Below are positions 44,061-57,888 of a stretch of 64,000 nt of DNA, in pieces. Under the pieces are notes generated by a model, which was not told the origin of the DNA, ran no database searches, and saw only the letters and a program-made list of their open reading frames with translations. The stretch comes from the human T2T-CHM13v2.0 reference genome, Homo sapiens, in the NCBI RefSeq assembly GCF_009914755.1, contig NC_060927.1; one strand, 5' to 3'. Position numbers and translations under genes: made by a program. Numbering within the stretch: the first letter of the stretch is position 1; each line of letters opens with the position of its first letter.

Positions 44061-46638
44061 CAGTTGCTCCTTGAACAACACAAGGGATAATGGTGCTGAC
44101 CCCATGCACAGTCAAAAATCCACATATAACTTTTGACTCCCCCAAAACTGAACTACTAATAGACTGCTGTTGACTGGAAGCCTTACCAATAACATAAATA
44201 GTTCATGAGCATACATTATGCATTATATGTATTATATACTATATTATTTCCATAAAGTAAGCTAGAGAAAAGAAAATACTAGAAAATCATAAGGAAGAGA
44301 AAATATATTTACTATTCATTAAGTGGAAGTGGATAATATAAAAGTCTTCATTTTGAATAGGTTGAGGAGGAGGAGGAAGAGGAGAGGTTGGTCTTGCTGT
44401 CTCGGGTGGCAGAGGAGAAAGAGTTGGAGGAGGTGGAAGGGGAGTCAGGAGAGAAAGGCACACTCGGTGTAACTTTATGGAAATGCATAATTTCTGTCTG
44501 ACTTTTTCTTTTTTGTTTATCTAAAAATGTTTCTACGTGGTACCAGTCCTTCTTCCGCCATTTGCATGTTTCAGTGCCTGCATAATAGAAGGGTCCATGT
44601 CATAAAAGAAGTCAAAATCAGTCTTGAATAATTGAAACCATTCTTCCAGATTGTCTAATGTCAATGTGTTTTCTGGCACTACTTCTACATCTTTCTCATT
44701 ATTTGGCACTGGTTCGGAAGCACTTATCTCCATCAACTTGTGTTCAGCTAATTCCTCTGGTGTGGTGTCTATTAGCTCTTGAATCTTTCTCCAAGATTCA
44801 CACCTTGAAACCCTTTGCCCCTGTTCTTATTTTGCATATCTACAATCTCTTTCATGGTTTCCTTGTTTGGCTGATGCACAACATCCAGACACAGTTTTCT
44901 CCAGCTATTGTTTCAGGGTTGATGGCTTTCATGGCTTTTCCTGTAGCAAAGATGACATCTGCAGTGGTGTGTAATCTTTCCAGACCTCCATGATGTTGTC
45001 TCCGCTGGGGTTCTCCTCCACAGCATTGACAATCCTTTCCATAAAGAACCATGTGCAATGAGCCTTAAAGGTCCTTATGACCCCCGATCTAGAGGCTGAA
45101 TTATAGACATTGTGTTTGGGGGCAAGTAGACCACTTCAACACCTTTGACATGGAACTCATGGGGTTTTGGGTAGCCAGGGGCATTGTCCAATATAAAAAG
45201 AAAACTTTAAAAGTCAGTCCCTTACTGGAAAAGTACCTCCTGACTTCATGGACAAAAGCATTGATGGAACTAATCCAGAATAAGGGTGCTTGTTGTCCAG
45301 GTCTTCTTGTACAACCAAAAGATTGGCAGCTGGTGTTCACCTTTTTCCTTCAAGGCTCAGAGATTGCAGCTTTATAGACAAGAGCAGACCTGATCATAAA
45401 CCTCACTGCATTTGCACAAAACATTGGAGTTAGATAATCCTTTCCTATTACATTTTGGTGCTCATTTCTCTTCTTTATGAATAAATGTCCTTTGTGGTAT
45501 CTTTTTTCCCAGAATGGGGCATTTTCATCTGCATTAAAAACCTGTTTAGGCAGCTATCCTTTCTCTTCAATACTTTTCTTAGTGGTGTCTTGAAACTCAC
45601 CTACTGCCTCTTAGTTGGCAGAAGCTGCCAACTAAGATATTTTTAAAGCCAAACCTCTTTCTAAAATTATCGACCCATCCTTTGCTGGCACTAAATTCTC
45701 TGGCTTTAGATCCTTCATCTTCCTTTTTCTTTAAGTTTTCATATATGACTTCACTTTTTCTCAAACTATATTAGAGATGCCTTTCTTAGAGCAATCCTAT
45801 ACCCACATAAAAGCTGCATTTTTAATACAAGATAAAAAGGTAGTTCACCAAAAGTACAAGGTTTTTGCAGCAGCTTGAGTAGATGCAGTGACGCCTTCAT
45901 GAATTTCCTTTTCTTCTTTTTTACAATGGTCCTTATGCTGGAGGGCAGCTGCAGCTGCAGACCTAAATCTATGGTACATATCAAGTAATTCAACTTTTTC
46001 TTGTAATATCATGACTTTGCTTACTGGGAGTACTTCCAGCATCATTAGTGACACTTTGTATGGATCCCATGATGTTATTTAAGGCTTACAGTATTGCGCT
46101 ACACACAAAATATGCAAGAACTGCTGGAAATCACTTTTTTACTATGACACATAATTTACTGGAGAGATGAACTGCTCAGGTGGAGATAATTAGCCTCATA
46201 GCTATTTTAAGCTGATACTTGAAACACTTGAGCTCATTGCACTAGCAACAAGAGGTGGCTACAAAATTATTACATTAGTACAAAGTGTACTACAGTTAAT
46301 TGTATGCAGTTATGATTTAATACTGCATCTTTATGTTTGTTTACATTTCTCTCTGCTGTGAATGGTGCCATGTGGTCTCTAAGTGTTTCTGTTCATAAGT
46401 TTTGATAAATTTTATATTTTTGTAATAGATTTGTGTATATTTTAGGGTAGTGAATTATAAAATAGACCAACCTTTACATATATTTTATGCATTAATTAAA
46501 ATCCGAATTTTTTGATATTTCCGTGAGTTTTTTCAAATAGTCAAAAATCTCCAAAAATTTTTCCAATATATTAATTGAAAAATATCCATGTATAAGTAGA
46601 CCTACACAGTTCAAACCAATGTTGTTCAGGTGCAACTG
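44061..46638 (-). mobile_element. Near-full-length Tigger2 (TcMar-Tigger/pogo) DNA transposon with degraded transposase
   Basis: TIRs cagttgctccttgaacaac / gttgttcaggtgcaactg with TA at the left flank. Minus-strand transposase remnants include KVMILQEKVELLDMYHRFRSAAA and TLTLDNLEEWFQLFKTDFDFFYDMDPS. Confidence 0.85.
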
Positions 46639-48843
46639 TGTATTTCTGATTTCAAACATTTTTATAGGCCATCGGCCCTGTGTCTAAAGTGTCTATCGGT
46701 TGTTGGGAGAACAAAGATGAAGTAAGGTCCCTGCTCTCAAGGATGCTAACCATCCAGCAGGACAGACGGACCCATTAGAGGATCATGTCATGTCAACATA
46801 ATGTGATCACCTTTTAGGAAACCAGGCAAGGGGCACTTAGCTCAATTTAGGGTTTCAGGGAAAGCTTTGAGGAAAATCCCTGAATTGAACCTTCAGGGAT
46901 TAGCAAATGTTAGCCTGGGAGAAGCAAGGCAGAAAGGACAGAGGGAACATAGCAAACACGGGCACCAATACCTGAAACAGCCCAGCATGTGGACTCCTTA
47001 CAAACGCTAAGAGATTAAATGTTAGATGAGCTTTTACTTTTAGAAGTCAATATTGCCAAAATGTCACTGCTTTGCTAAAAATATTAAGCAGGAAATGAAT
47101 GACCTGGGCAGGGAAAAAAATAACTGAACACACTAAAACCCAGGGTGATATAAAGAAAAGTTACATATCTGGTCTAGTGCTACCATTGAAGCTAAGACAC
47201 CAATCTAAGGGACTAGTGTTAAGCTAATTGGAGAATGTCTTTCTAGGAATGGAGGGAATTTATCTGACTTCCACCCGGTCAGCCTGCAAAACTAACCCAA
47301 GTACAGGGATAGCAGAAACGTGGTAAGAATGTCTTCATTAAATCATCCACAAAAAAGACTGTGGAGAATAACTTTGAACAGCTAACATACACAGAACTGA
47401 TACTTTTCGTGTATAGAATTGAAGATAAATGGTTCCCAGTTGTTCTTATGTGATATAATTTGGTTTTATTTTAAAATAGTGAGACTGAATATAAACCAGA
47501 AGACAACATGAACTTAAATATCTGCATATATAAGGCAGAAAAAATTTGCATTTTAAGAGATTTAATGTATGAATTTCTATACTTGATTTTGTGTAAGAGA
47601 AGCCGTGAAAACCATGGAGATAGTTGTTTTTACTAGGATCGCTGTCGTGTCCACATAAGAAGGTTCTATTTGTGTGTTGAGAGATTTTTCCATGTGCCCA
47701 TTGTATTTGTTACTTAGAATTTACAATATTTTGAAAACTTTCCCCTTCAAAATGGATATATATTTTAAAACCTTCTACAATGTGAGTAATTATAGTTTAA
47801 TTGATTGCATATTTACTGTGTTCCAGTAATACATGTTTCATGTCTAACATGCTATGTTTAATCCTCAAACAGCCTCATGAGATGCATACTATGATTACTC
47901 TTATTTGTGAAGAGAGAATGGAGGCTAAGTGAATGTAGGTAACTTTTACAAGGTCATGTAGTGAGTCGATGGAAGGACATGCATGAGTATGCAGAGGCTA
48001 CCAGCCAGATACACAGTCTCCCCACTCCCTGCAGAATGGAGGGACTTGATGGTCTCACTCTCACACCTCCTCCCCGCAGCACCACCATGGAGAGGCACCA
48101 GTACACCTTCACTGGGAAGCTCCATGTGGACCATTCCTTCCTTTTATCCATTCTCGGATGCCCTGATTCCTAATTCCCTTGATTCACATTCAATCATTTC
48201 AGTGTCCCCAAATTGCCTGATAGAAATCCTAATCAACACTTTTCCTCTCCAGCTTCCAGTGACTGCCTTGTGGGATTCACAATATATTTCTTGATGTCCT
48301 GAGATCATCAGCTTTTTCCTCAAACACTCCTTACCAAAGAGGAAGCTTCCTTCTCTCCACCCTCTCCCTCCCAACACCTGTACCTATGGGTGGCTGGTAG
48401 TCTGTGCGTCCTTCACAGTCACCTCCTGACCCTTGAGTGAAGCCAGCCGCTCAACCAGCCCTCCCTCAATGAAGCTCTTGTTTCTTGCTCTGCTGCTCCC
48501 TCTTCTCCATCAACCCTTCAGCATCCAGAACATTCACTCATTCAAGCATACTCAATCAGGCCTTGGGATTTCTGCAGGTGACCTGCAGAATGGCTCCACC
48601 CTATCTTGCCATCCCTGATACATGACCCACATAGCACCCCTTTGTCATGGCTTTACCTGCTGTTCTTCAGAAACCTTCAGCTCCAATTCACTTCAGGACC
48701 TGTCTGCTCCCCACACCCCATCATAGCCAGCAGCTGTTCCACGCCTTGTTGAAATTTTGAACTCGGAAATGCTTCTCGCTAATCATCACCAACTCTCTGA
48801 CCACTGCTCTAACTCTCTCACTCCCCTTAAACCTTGCCTCTAA

Positions 48844-49164
<321 letters not shown>

Positions 49165-49330
49165 AGCTGTGATCTTCGAAACTTCTATTTTCTTCTAGCC
49201 CATCAGTCCTTCTCTTTGACTCATTTCTCTTTGGTCTCAAGTCAAACCTTTGTGCAATCATTTAACTATGAGAAGTTTCTATTTCTCACCAGACCACTCA
49301 ATTTTAATATACTGATGGATTCCAACCTTA

Positions 49331-49480
<150 letters not shown>

Positions 49481-49799
49481 TTTTTTTTTTGTTCTTGTTC
49501 CCAAACTAGAGAAGTCACATAACTAACTATATTGACTTCATAAAAACTTTTTGACATTTTTTCCCCAATTTTCTCTGGGCTTTTTAGATGCCTGGACATT
49601 GTGGGTCAGCTCCTGCTCCACTCCACCCAAGTGGCTATCTCCTAAAGCATTCCTAGTCCTGACACGTTCATCTCCCTCCCTTCTCTTAAATCTTAACATA
49701 TGATCCTCCTGCTACTTTTCTAGAAGGGAAGTTCCCTTAATATCCCTAACCTTCTGCTCAAAGAAAGTACCTTTATCTATAAGCAAGGAAATATTTAAA

Positions 49800-50420
49800 G
49801 AGTATTAACACTCAGTAGTGTCTGGGGCATGAGGAAAAAGGCACTCTTAAAAACTGTTGATAGGAGGATAAGCTAGTATGACATTTTTTGGAGGACAGTC
49901 TGGAAATTGTCATCAAAACTGAAAAGGTACACACCCTTTAAGCCAGCAATTTGCCTTCACTTCTAAGAATTTATTTAAGAAACAACAAGACCACAAAGAT
50001 GTATGTACAGAGATGTTTACAGCAGCTTTTTCTGTGGTAAAAAGTCTTGAGATAGTTTAAATGATCCTCTTATGGGGGACTGACTAAATGAATTATGGAG
50101 CAATAAAAGAGTAGTTTTCTGTAGCCGTCAAAAGAACAAGGAAGAATCCATGTGCACGGACATGGAAAAATTTCCATAGTATATAGTGAAAAGAAAAAAA
50201 GTCAAGTTGGAGAATAGTAAGATCCCATTTTTATAAACACACATACATGCAAATTTGGAAAGGTAAAGCAATAAATTCCTCACATCAAAATGTGGGAAGA
50301 GGTGCTAGAGTGGCAGTAGGGATGGGAGGTGGTTGATCCCTACTTTATATATGTCTGTAACTTGAATTTATTTCTTAAGCAGACAGGCATTACTTTTACA
50401 GTTTAATAATGAAAAGAGAA
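49800..50420 (+). mobile_element. Old L1M 3' region
   Basis: ggcactct..actgttgataggag, cccttt..ccagcaatt, gatgtttacagcagc. Confidence 0.6.
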
Positions 50421-51923
50421 AACAAAAGGTAAGACAAAAGCAGCTTTTGTCACTTTTTCCATTGTTTTATGTGCTCACCCCAATCAAGGCACCTTCTTTC
50501 TAAGAGCCAGTATTTATTTCTGTTCTCTTTAAATCAGAAGTTAGGCAGACATTTCAGGCCATGAGACCTAGATTGGAAACCACTCAAAGGAACATGCCCT
50601 TTCCTCTTCAAACACTGTTACCAACATTTAGATACTTTCATTTTGGTTGCAGCCCACTATTTTTAGCTTTTTCTTCTTTTTTTCTCCAGATGGCTGAAGA
50701 GACCGAGGCCTTTCACACTGAAGGTGGGGTAGGTGGAACAGATGGAAGGGCTTTACCTGTGGTCGATTAATTGTTTCATAACCCTTTTCATGAGCTTTCT
50801 TTGAGCAGGCATGCTTGGTTTTGGTAAAGTCCTGTCAAAATTTCTTTGATTTGAATTAGATGTACTGGGCAGGTCCCATTCAGATATTTAATAGCAAAAT
50901 TAAACAGAAAGTCACCATATATTTTTTGAGGGACACAAAGTTATATCATGTAGGAATATTATGAACATTAGGTTCACTTTCTTGCTACACTAGGGGAAAC
51001 ATCTTTTTTTGGGGCAAGGTGCATAGAAATTTTGGTGTGACTTACTTTGAGAGCAATGATTATCATTCGTGGTTTACTATTTACTCTTTTCACAGATATA
51101 GAGAGCAAAATTATTAAATGTGTAATAAGTGTCATGGGGCTACAAAAAGATTCTAAGCTCTCATCTTTTCCTCTAGGACACCCATGTATTTTCTTCTCTT
51201 CTTGCTCTACTGATTCGCAAGAACTCTTGTCCAGGGTTAACTAGATCCCATTCTCATCTAAGCCCTTCTACCTCTGCTAGGACCAAGCTCCATCAATTAT
51301 CCCTTAAGATTTTTCTTTTTGGCTCTATATCTTCATTTTCTTCCCTTTTCTTTGATCCTTCCTCAGTTTAAAGTCATTCTCAAGTCTCCTCCACATTAAA
51401 AAAGAAAACAATGACAAACCATAAACAATGATAATCCATAAACAATGCTAAACCAACCCTTTCTTTGTCCACACCTTTTCTATAGTCAGCTGCCCTAACT
51501 TCTCCTCTTTATTGCTAAACTTCTCCAGAGAGTGGCCTCTATTGACTTCTTGCACTTCACCTGTCATTCGCTCTGCATTTTGGCTTTCTTCTCCTCCTCC
51601 CTACTGAAACAGACTTCTCAAAAGCCATCAAATGAGCTGATGGCTGCCAGATTGAATGCCTTGTCTCAGGTCTGCACCATTTTACACTATGGACACCTCC
51701 TCCTTTACAGTTTCCTGGGCTTTTGCTACTCTGCCCTCTCCTTTCTGTGGTTTCTTGCTGTCCATGTTTGGCTCCTCTGCTACACACCCCTGAACATTGG
51801 TATCCCTTGAAAATTCTCCTCAGCTGCTTTGTTTTACCATGTATCAACCTTGGCTGTGTAATTCCATTCATTCCCAGGGTTTCATCTGTTGCATCTGAGG
51901 ATGACCATCAAATCTGCATCTCT

Positions 51924-52222
<299 letters not shown>

Positions 52223-52625
52223 TCTGCATCCCCAACCACACTTCTCATTTGCATTCCCAATTTATATTTGCAGGCGCTTACAGGTATTCTCCAAGTGGGA
52301 TTCTCAAAAACTATTTACATTCAACACATCTAAAGAGAACTCATAATCCATCAGTGTGTCTTGGTCTCATTCTACCACCAACCATTTTATCACTATCTGC
52401 CAATGAGATGATTCAGAGTTGCTTATGAGTTCTCCTCTCTCTCCTGCTGCTTCCAGCACATCCTAGGATTACATCTGAAATAACTCAAAATCATCACCAT
52501 TCCCTTCTTTATGCTAAGAGCTACTCTCCTTGTCCCATTCATCTAATCTGGAATAACAATAAAAAAACAGGAACAACCACCACCAAAACATAATTATAAT
52601 ATGTCAGATGCGCTTGTCAACTTAC

Positions 52626-52714
52626 AGAGCTTTCTCCTGGAACTTAGCCCAGCTTCTTGGAAAAGTCACCAAAGGGTGGGTAGGGTACAACTTGATGGAT
52701 TTTCTCTGCCTTCC
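52626..52714 (-). other. LZTFL1: Upstream alternative exon of long LZTFL1 transcripts (89 nt; open frame GRQRKSIKLYPTHPLVTFPRSWAKFQEKA)
   Basis: ttttaac..ctctcattttctag|GGAAGG...AAAGCTCT|gtaagt; strong splice sites. Consistent with my recollection of distal-promoter LZTFL1 isoforms. Confidence 0.7.
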
Positions 52715-52774
52715 CTAGAAAATGAGAGTTCGAGTTAAAAATTATAAGTTGTATCTTAAAAACATCAAAGGGAT

Positions 52775-55171
52775 ATGATGAACATCAATGCAAAAATCCT
52801 CAATAAAATACTGGCAAACCGAATCCAGCAGCACATCAAAAAGCTTATCCACCACAATCAAGTCGGCTTCATCCCCATGATGCAAGGCTGGTTCAACATA
52901 TGCAAATCAATAAGTGTAATCCATCACATAAACAGAACTAAAGACAAAACCCACATGATTATCTCAATAGAGGCGGAAAAGGCCTTCAATAAAATTCAAC
53001 ATCTCTTCATGTTAAAAACTCTCAATAAACTAGGTATTGATGGAATGTACCTCAAAATAATAACAGCCATTTATGACAAATCCACAGCCAGTATCATACT
53101 GAATGGGCAAAAGCTGAAACTGTTCCCCTTGAAAACTGGCACAAAACAAGGATGCCCTCTCTCACCACCCTTATTCAACATAGTATTGGAAGTCCTGGAC
53201 AGGACAATCAGGCAAGAGAAGGGTATTCAAATAGGAACAGAGGAAGTCAAACTGTCTCTGTTTGCACATGACATGATCCTATATCTAGAAAACCCCACAG
53301 TCTCATCCCAAAGGCTTCTTAAGCTGATAAGCAACTTCAGCAAAGTCTCAGGATACAAAATCAATGTGCAAAAATCACAAACATTCCTATACACCACAAA
53401 TAGACAGACAGCCAAATCATGAATGAATTCCCATTCGCAATTGCTACAAAGAAAATAAAATACCTAGGAATACAGAAAACAAGGGAAGTGAAGGACCTTT
53501 TCAAGGAGAGCTACAAACCACTGCTCAAGGAAATCAGAGAGGACACAAACAAATGAAAAAATATTCCATGCTTATGGATAGGAAGAATCAATACTCTGAA
53601 AATGGCCATACTGTCCAAAGTAATTTATAGATTCAATGCTATTCCCATTAAACTACAATTGACATGCTTCACAGAATTAGAAAAAAAATTTTTTAATTCA
53701 TATAGAACCAAAAAAGAGCCCATATAGCCAAGACAATCCTAGGCAAAAAGAACAAAGCTGGAGGCTTTCAAACTATACTACAAGGCTACAGTAACCAAAA
53801 CAGCATGGTACTGGTACAAAACCAGACACATCAACCAATGGAACAGAACAGAGATCTCAGAAATAAGACTGCACATATACAACCATCTGATCTTTAACAA
53901 ACCTGATAAAAACAAGCAATGGAGAAAGGATTCCCTATTTAATAAATGTGCTGAGAAAACTGGCTAGCCATATGCAGAAAATTGAAACTGAATCCCTTCC
54001 TTACACCTTATACAAAAATTAACTCAAGATGGATTAAAGACTTAAATGTAAAACCCAAAACTATAAAAACTCTAGCAGAAAATCTAGGCAATACCATTCA
54101 GGACCTAAGCACAGGCAAAGATTTCATGACAAAAACATCAAAAGCAACCACAACAAAAGCAAAAATTGACAAATGGGACATAATTAAAGAGCTTCTGCAC
54201 AAAAGAAAAGAAACTATCATCAGAGTGAACAGACAACCTACAAGATGGGAGAAAATGTTTTCAATCGATCCATCTAACAAAGGTCTAATATCCAAAATCT
54301 ACAAGGAACTTAAATACATTTACAAGAAAAAAAACCTTAAAAAGTGGGCAAAAGACATGAACAGACACGTCTCAAAAGAAGACATTTATGCAGCCAACAA
54401 ACATGAAAAAAACTCAACATCACTGATTGGTAGAGAAATGCAAATCAAAACCACAATGAGATACCATCTCATGCCAGTCAGAATGGTGATTATTAAAAAG
54501 TGAAGAAACAACAGATGCTGGCAAGGCTGTGGAGAAATAGGAACACTTTTACACTTTGGTTGGAGTGGAAATTAGTTCAATCATTGTGGAAGACAGTGTG
54601 GCAATTCGTCAAAGATGTAGAATGAGAAATACCATTTGACCCAGCAATCCCACTACTGGGTATATACCCAATGGAATAGAAATCATTCTATGATAAAGAT
54701 ACATGCATGTGTGTATTCATTGTAGCACTATTCACAATAGCAAAGACACAGACTCAACCTAAATGCTCATCAATGATAGACTGGATAAAGAAAGTATGGC
54801 ACATATACACCATGGAATACTACGCAGCCATAAAAAGGAACAAGTTAATGTCCTTTGCAGGGATATGGATGGAGCTGGAAGCTGTTATCCTCAGGAAACT
54901 AACACAGAAACAGAAAACCAAACATTGCATGTTCTCACTTATAAGTGGGAACTGAACAATGAGAACATGTGGACACAGAGGGGAACAACACACACTGGGG
55001 CCTGTCGGTGGTGATTGGGGGCAGGGAGAGCATCAGGATAAATAGCTAATTCATGTGAGGTGTAATATCTAGGTGATGGGTTGATAAGTGCAGCAAACCA
55101 CCATGGCACACGTTTACTTGTGTAAAAAACCTGCACGTCCCAGGACTTTGAATTAAATTAAATTTAAAAAT
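52775..55171 (+). mobile_element. 5'-truncated primate L1PA (older subfamily), ORF2 RT to 3' UTR, disrupted
   Basis: RT motifs QGCPLSP and FAHD (catalytic FADD mutated), frameshifts, an L1PA 3' UTR, an A-rich tail and TSD-like taaaaaca..aaagggat. Confidence 0.93.
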
Positions 55172-55354
55172 AAAAACAAAAGGGATGTTTTCCTCACACC
55201 TGACTTTTCGGACTGTTATACCAACCTAGGAGTTAATTACATTGACAAAATTGCCTAATAGACTAAAACTCAATTTTAAATATTTAAAGTAAACATTTTT
55301 TAAAACCCGCTAGAGATGTGGTTGGACAAATAGGCCAAAAGACAATTTTTAAAA

Positions 55355-55548
55355 GTAGATCTTATCCTTTGGAGAAGTTTTGGGTCCAAAACAAAATTGA
55401 GAGGAAGGTACAGAGATTTCTCATAAACCTTCTGTCTCCACATATGCCTCCCACTCCTTATTATCAGCATCCCCCACCAGAATGGTACATGTGTTACAAT
55501 TGATGAACTATATTGACAAGTCATTATCACCCCAAGTCCATAGTTTAT
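55355..55548 (-). mobile_element. L1MC/MD 3'-end fragment
   Basis: caaaattgag.ggaaggtacagagatttc.cata...ccaccagaatggtacat.tgttacaattgatgaac. Confidence 0.7.
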
Positions 55549-56579
55549 TTGTTTTTGGTTTTCATTTCTGCTATGTAAGGAAAAAAAGGGTTTTGTGATT
55601 TTTCAAATTGGTTAATCATAATGATAATTTTATAAAGGAAATGCTGGTTTTAATGTCTGCTAATTTTGTGCTTTTCTTAAGAAATGTATTAAATCAATTT
55701 ACCATAATTTTTAAAAAGTATTTCCAGGATCTCACTCCTTTACACATTCAATTTTCAAGAAGGAAAATCCTGTCTATATCCATTTCCAAGAAGAATAAAT
55801 AAGTATATGAATAGTAGATTAAAAATAAATGTTACCATACTTGGTTCTTTTTAACAGCTGTCAGGGTGTATTATCAAGAAAAAGCATCTCATGCTTCACA
55901 AGGTTATTTTGTGTTGCTCTTCCTTACTCTGAAAAATTCCACAAGGCTTATACTTGTAAATACTGTAGCCAGAATGGGAATTAACCCTTCAATATGACCT
56001 CCAAGGTCAAGGGAAGATCTGGAGGACTAGTGTACAGGAATGCTGGGGTAAGTATGGTGACACAGAAACAGTCAAAGTGACAGGTACTGAGCTGAATAAT
56101 ACATATTTACGTTTTTACCTAGTGTCATGGAAATAATTTATTATATCCCTAATATATTTTTTATCATTTGTTAAAGTTAAAATCACATGCTGTATTTTGT
56201 AAACTGTACTCATATGCTCTATAAACTACAGAATGAAAAATGAGCAACCTCAATGCTTTAAAAATGGAAATCTTGAGAAAATAAGAAGCTATAGACACAA
56301 CTGTTTTGAAAGTGCCTTTGTTTAGATCCAAAAGAGAAAGATAGAGAATTTTGTTAAATCTGAACTTGTATCTCATTGCCAAAAAGTTGAGTCTGTCTTT
56401 ATTAAAAAGAGCAAAGAGTTTTCCTATAATGTCATATTAAAAATATAATTCTAAGAATTGTTGACTTGAACCTTGAGGATACAAATATTTGTTATGAGAT
56501 GTTTGCCACAGAAATCGGTGTTTGTTCACTTAAAGTTGTAAATTATGGTTTTCAGAGGAAGTTGATTTTATTTACTCAC

Positions 56580-56656
56580 CTTGCGATTAATCCACTGTGA
56601 ACTCTGGCCTCTAGGAAGCTGTCCAAGAAATAGGGACATAGTTGGAGGTGTTGCTC
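56580..56656 (-). other. LZTFL1: Upstream alternative exon of long LZTFL1 transcripts (77 nt; contains ATG at 56639)
   Basis: atttttacaag|GAGCAA...TCGCAAG|gtgagt; perfect donor. An alternative acceptor is possible at 56618. Confidence 0.6.
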
Positions 56657-56894
56657 CTTGTAAAAATTATTTCACAGGTAAAAGTAAAAATGACTGACAG
56701 TAGAATCTAAAACAAAAGGCAGGATTTCTATTCTCCTGGATGGTGCTCGTTGATGATACACAACATGTAAGGCAGAAATGGGAACTAATCTCTTCCTGTT
56801 TTTAAAAATTTGCTATGCAGAGATAATTTTCATGTAATAATGAACTTAAAAGTCTGGTCTAAATATTCTACTCCATTCATATCTACCAGAAGGA

Positions 56895-57167
56895 CATCTG
56901 ACTCTCCCAGGCTTGAGTGCAGTGGTGAGATAATAGCTCCCTGCAGCCTCTAACTCCTGGCCTCAAGTGATCCTCCTGCCGCACCCTCCCAAGTAGCTGG
57001 GACTATAGGCACTAGCCATGGTGCCTGACTATTTTGTTGTTGTTGTTGTAGAGACAGCGTCTCGCTTTTTTGCCCACGGTGGTTTCAAACTTCTGGGCTC
57101 AATTGATCCTCCCACCTTGGCCTCCCAAAGTGCTGTGATTACAGATGTGAGCCACTGAATGTGGCCT
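56895..57167 (-). mobile_element. AluJ
   Basis: Antisense, diverged dimer. Confidence 0.85.
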
Positions 57168-57243
57168 ATGCTGGTATTTTCACCAACAAAAAACACCAAT
57201 GAAGTAGTTTTCTCATTTTTAAATGACAAAAATTAACGAATGA

Positions 57244-57524
<281 letters not shown>

Positions 57525-57739
57525 TATATAGCATTCTTAATAATGTACAGAACTGAAATAAAATTCACTTCATTTTTGAAAAATAAGAATTTGGGAAATT
57601 TGAAATAGAATGGCATTAAGTATATACTAATCATAGAATGCAACTCTAATAGTGTCTAATGATCACAGTATGATGACCAGCCACTGTAACTTTAAGGGAG
57701 AGAAAAAGAAAAATTTAATGTAGATTTTAAAATGTATAC

Positions 57740-57888
57740 TTCTTGGGAGGCTGAGGTGGGAGGATGGTTTGAGCCCAGAAGGTGGAGGTTGCAGTGAGCC
57801 GAGATTGCGCCACTGCACTCCATCCTGGGCGACAGAGCCAGACACTGTCTCAAATAAATAAATAAATAAGTAAGTAAAATAAATAAAA
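57740..57888 (+). mobile_element. Alu right-arm fragment with (TAAA)n tail
   Basis: gggaggctgaggtgggagga..gagattgcgccactgcactcc; TSD aaaatgtatactt. Confidence 0.85.

Noticed and set aside
50660-50730. Strong plus-strand acceptor at 50689 followed by ATG
   Set aside because: An isolated splice-like signal with no partner exons identifiable; cannot be supported as an antisense gene from sequence alone.
52775-53422. 215-aa reverse-transcriptase-like ORF (also 53982..54503)
   Set aside because: Fragments of a 5'-truncated L1 ORF2 with the catalytic FADD changed to FAHD and multiple frameshifts; not a functional RT system.
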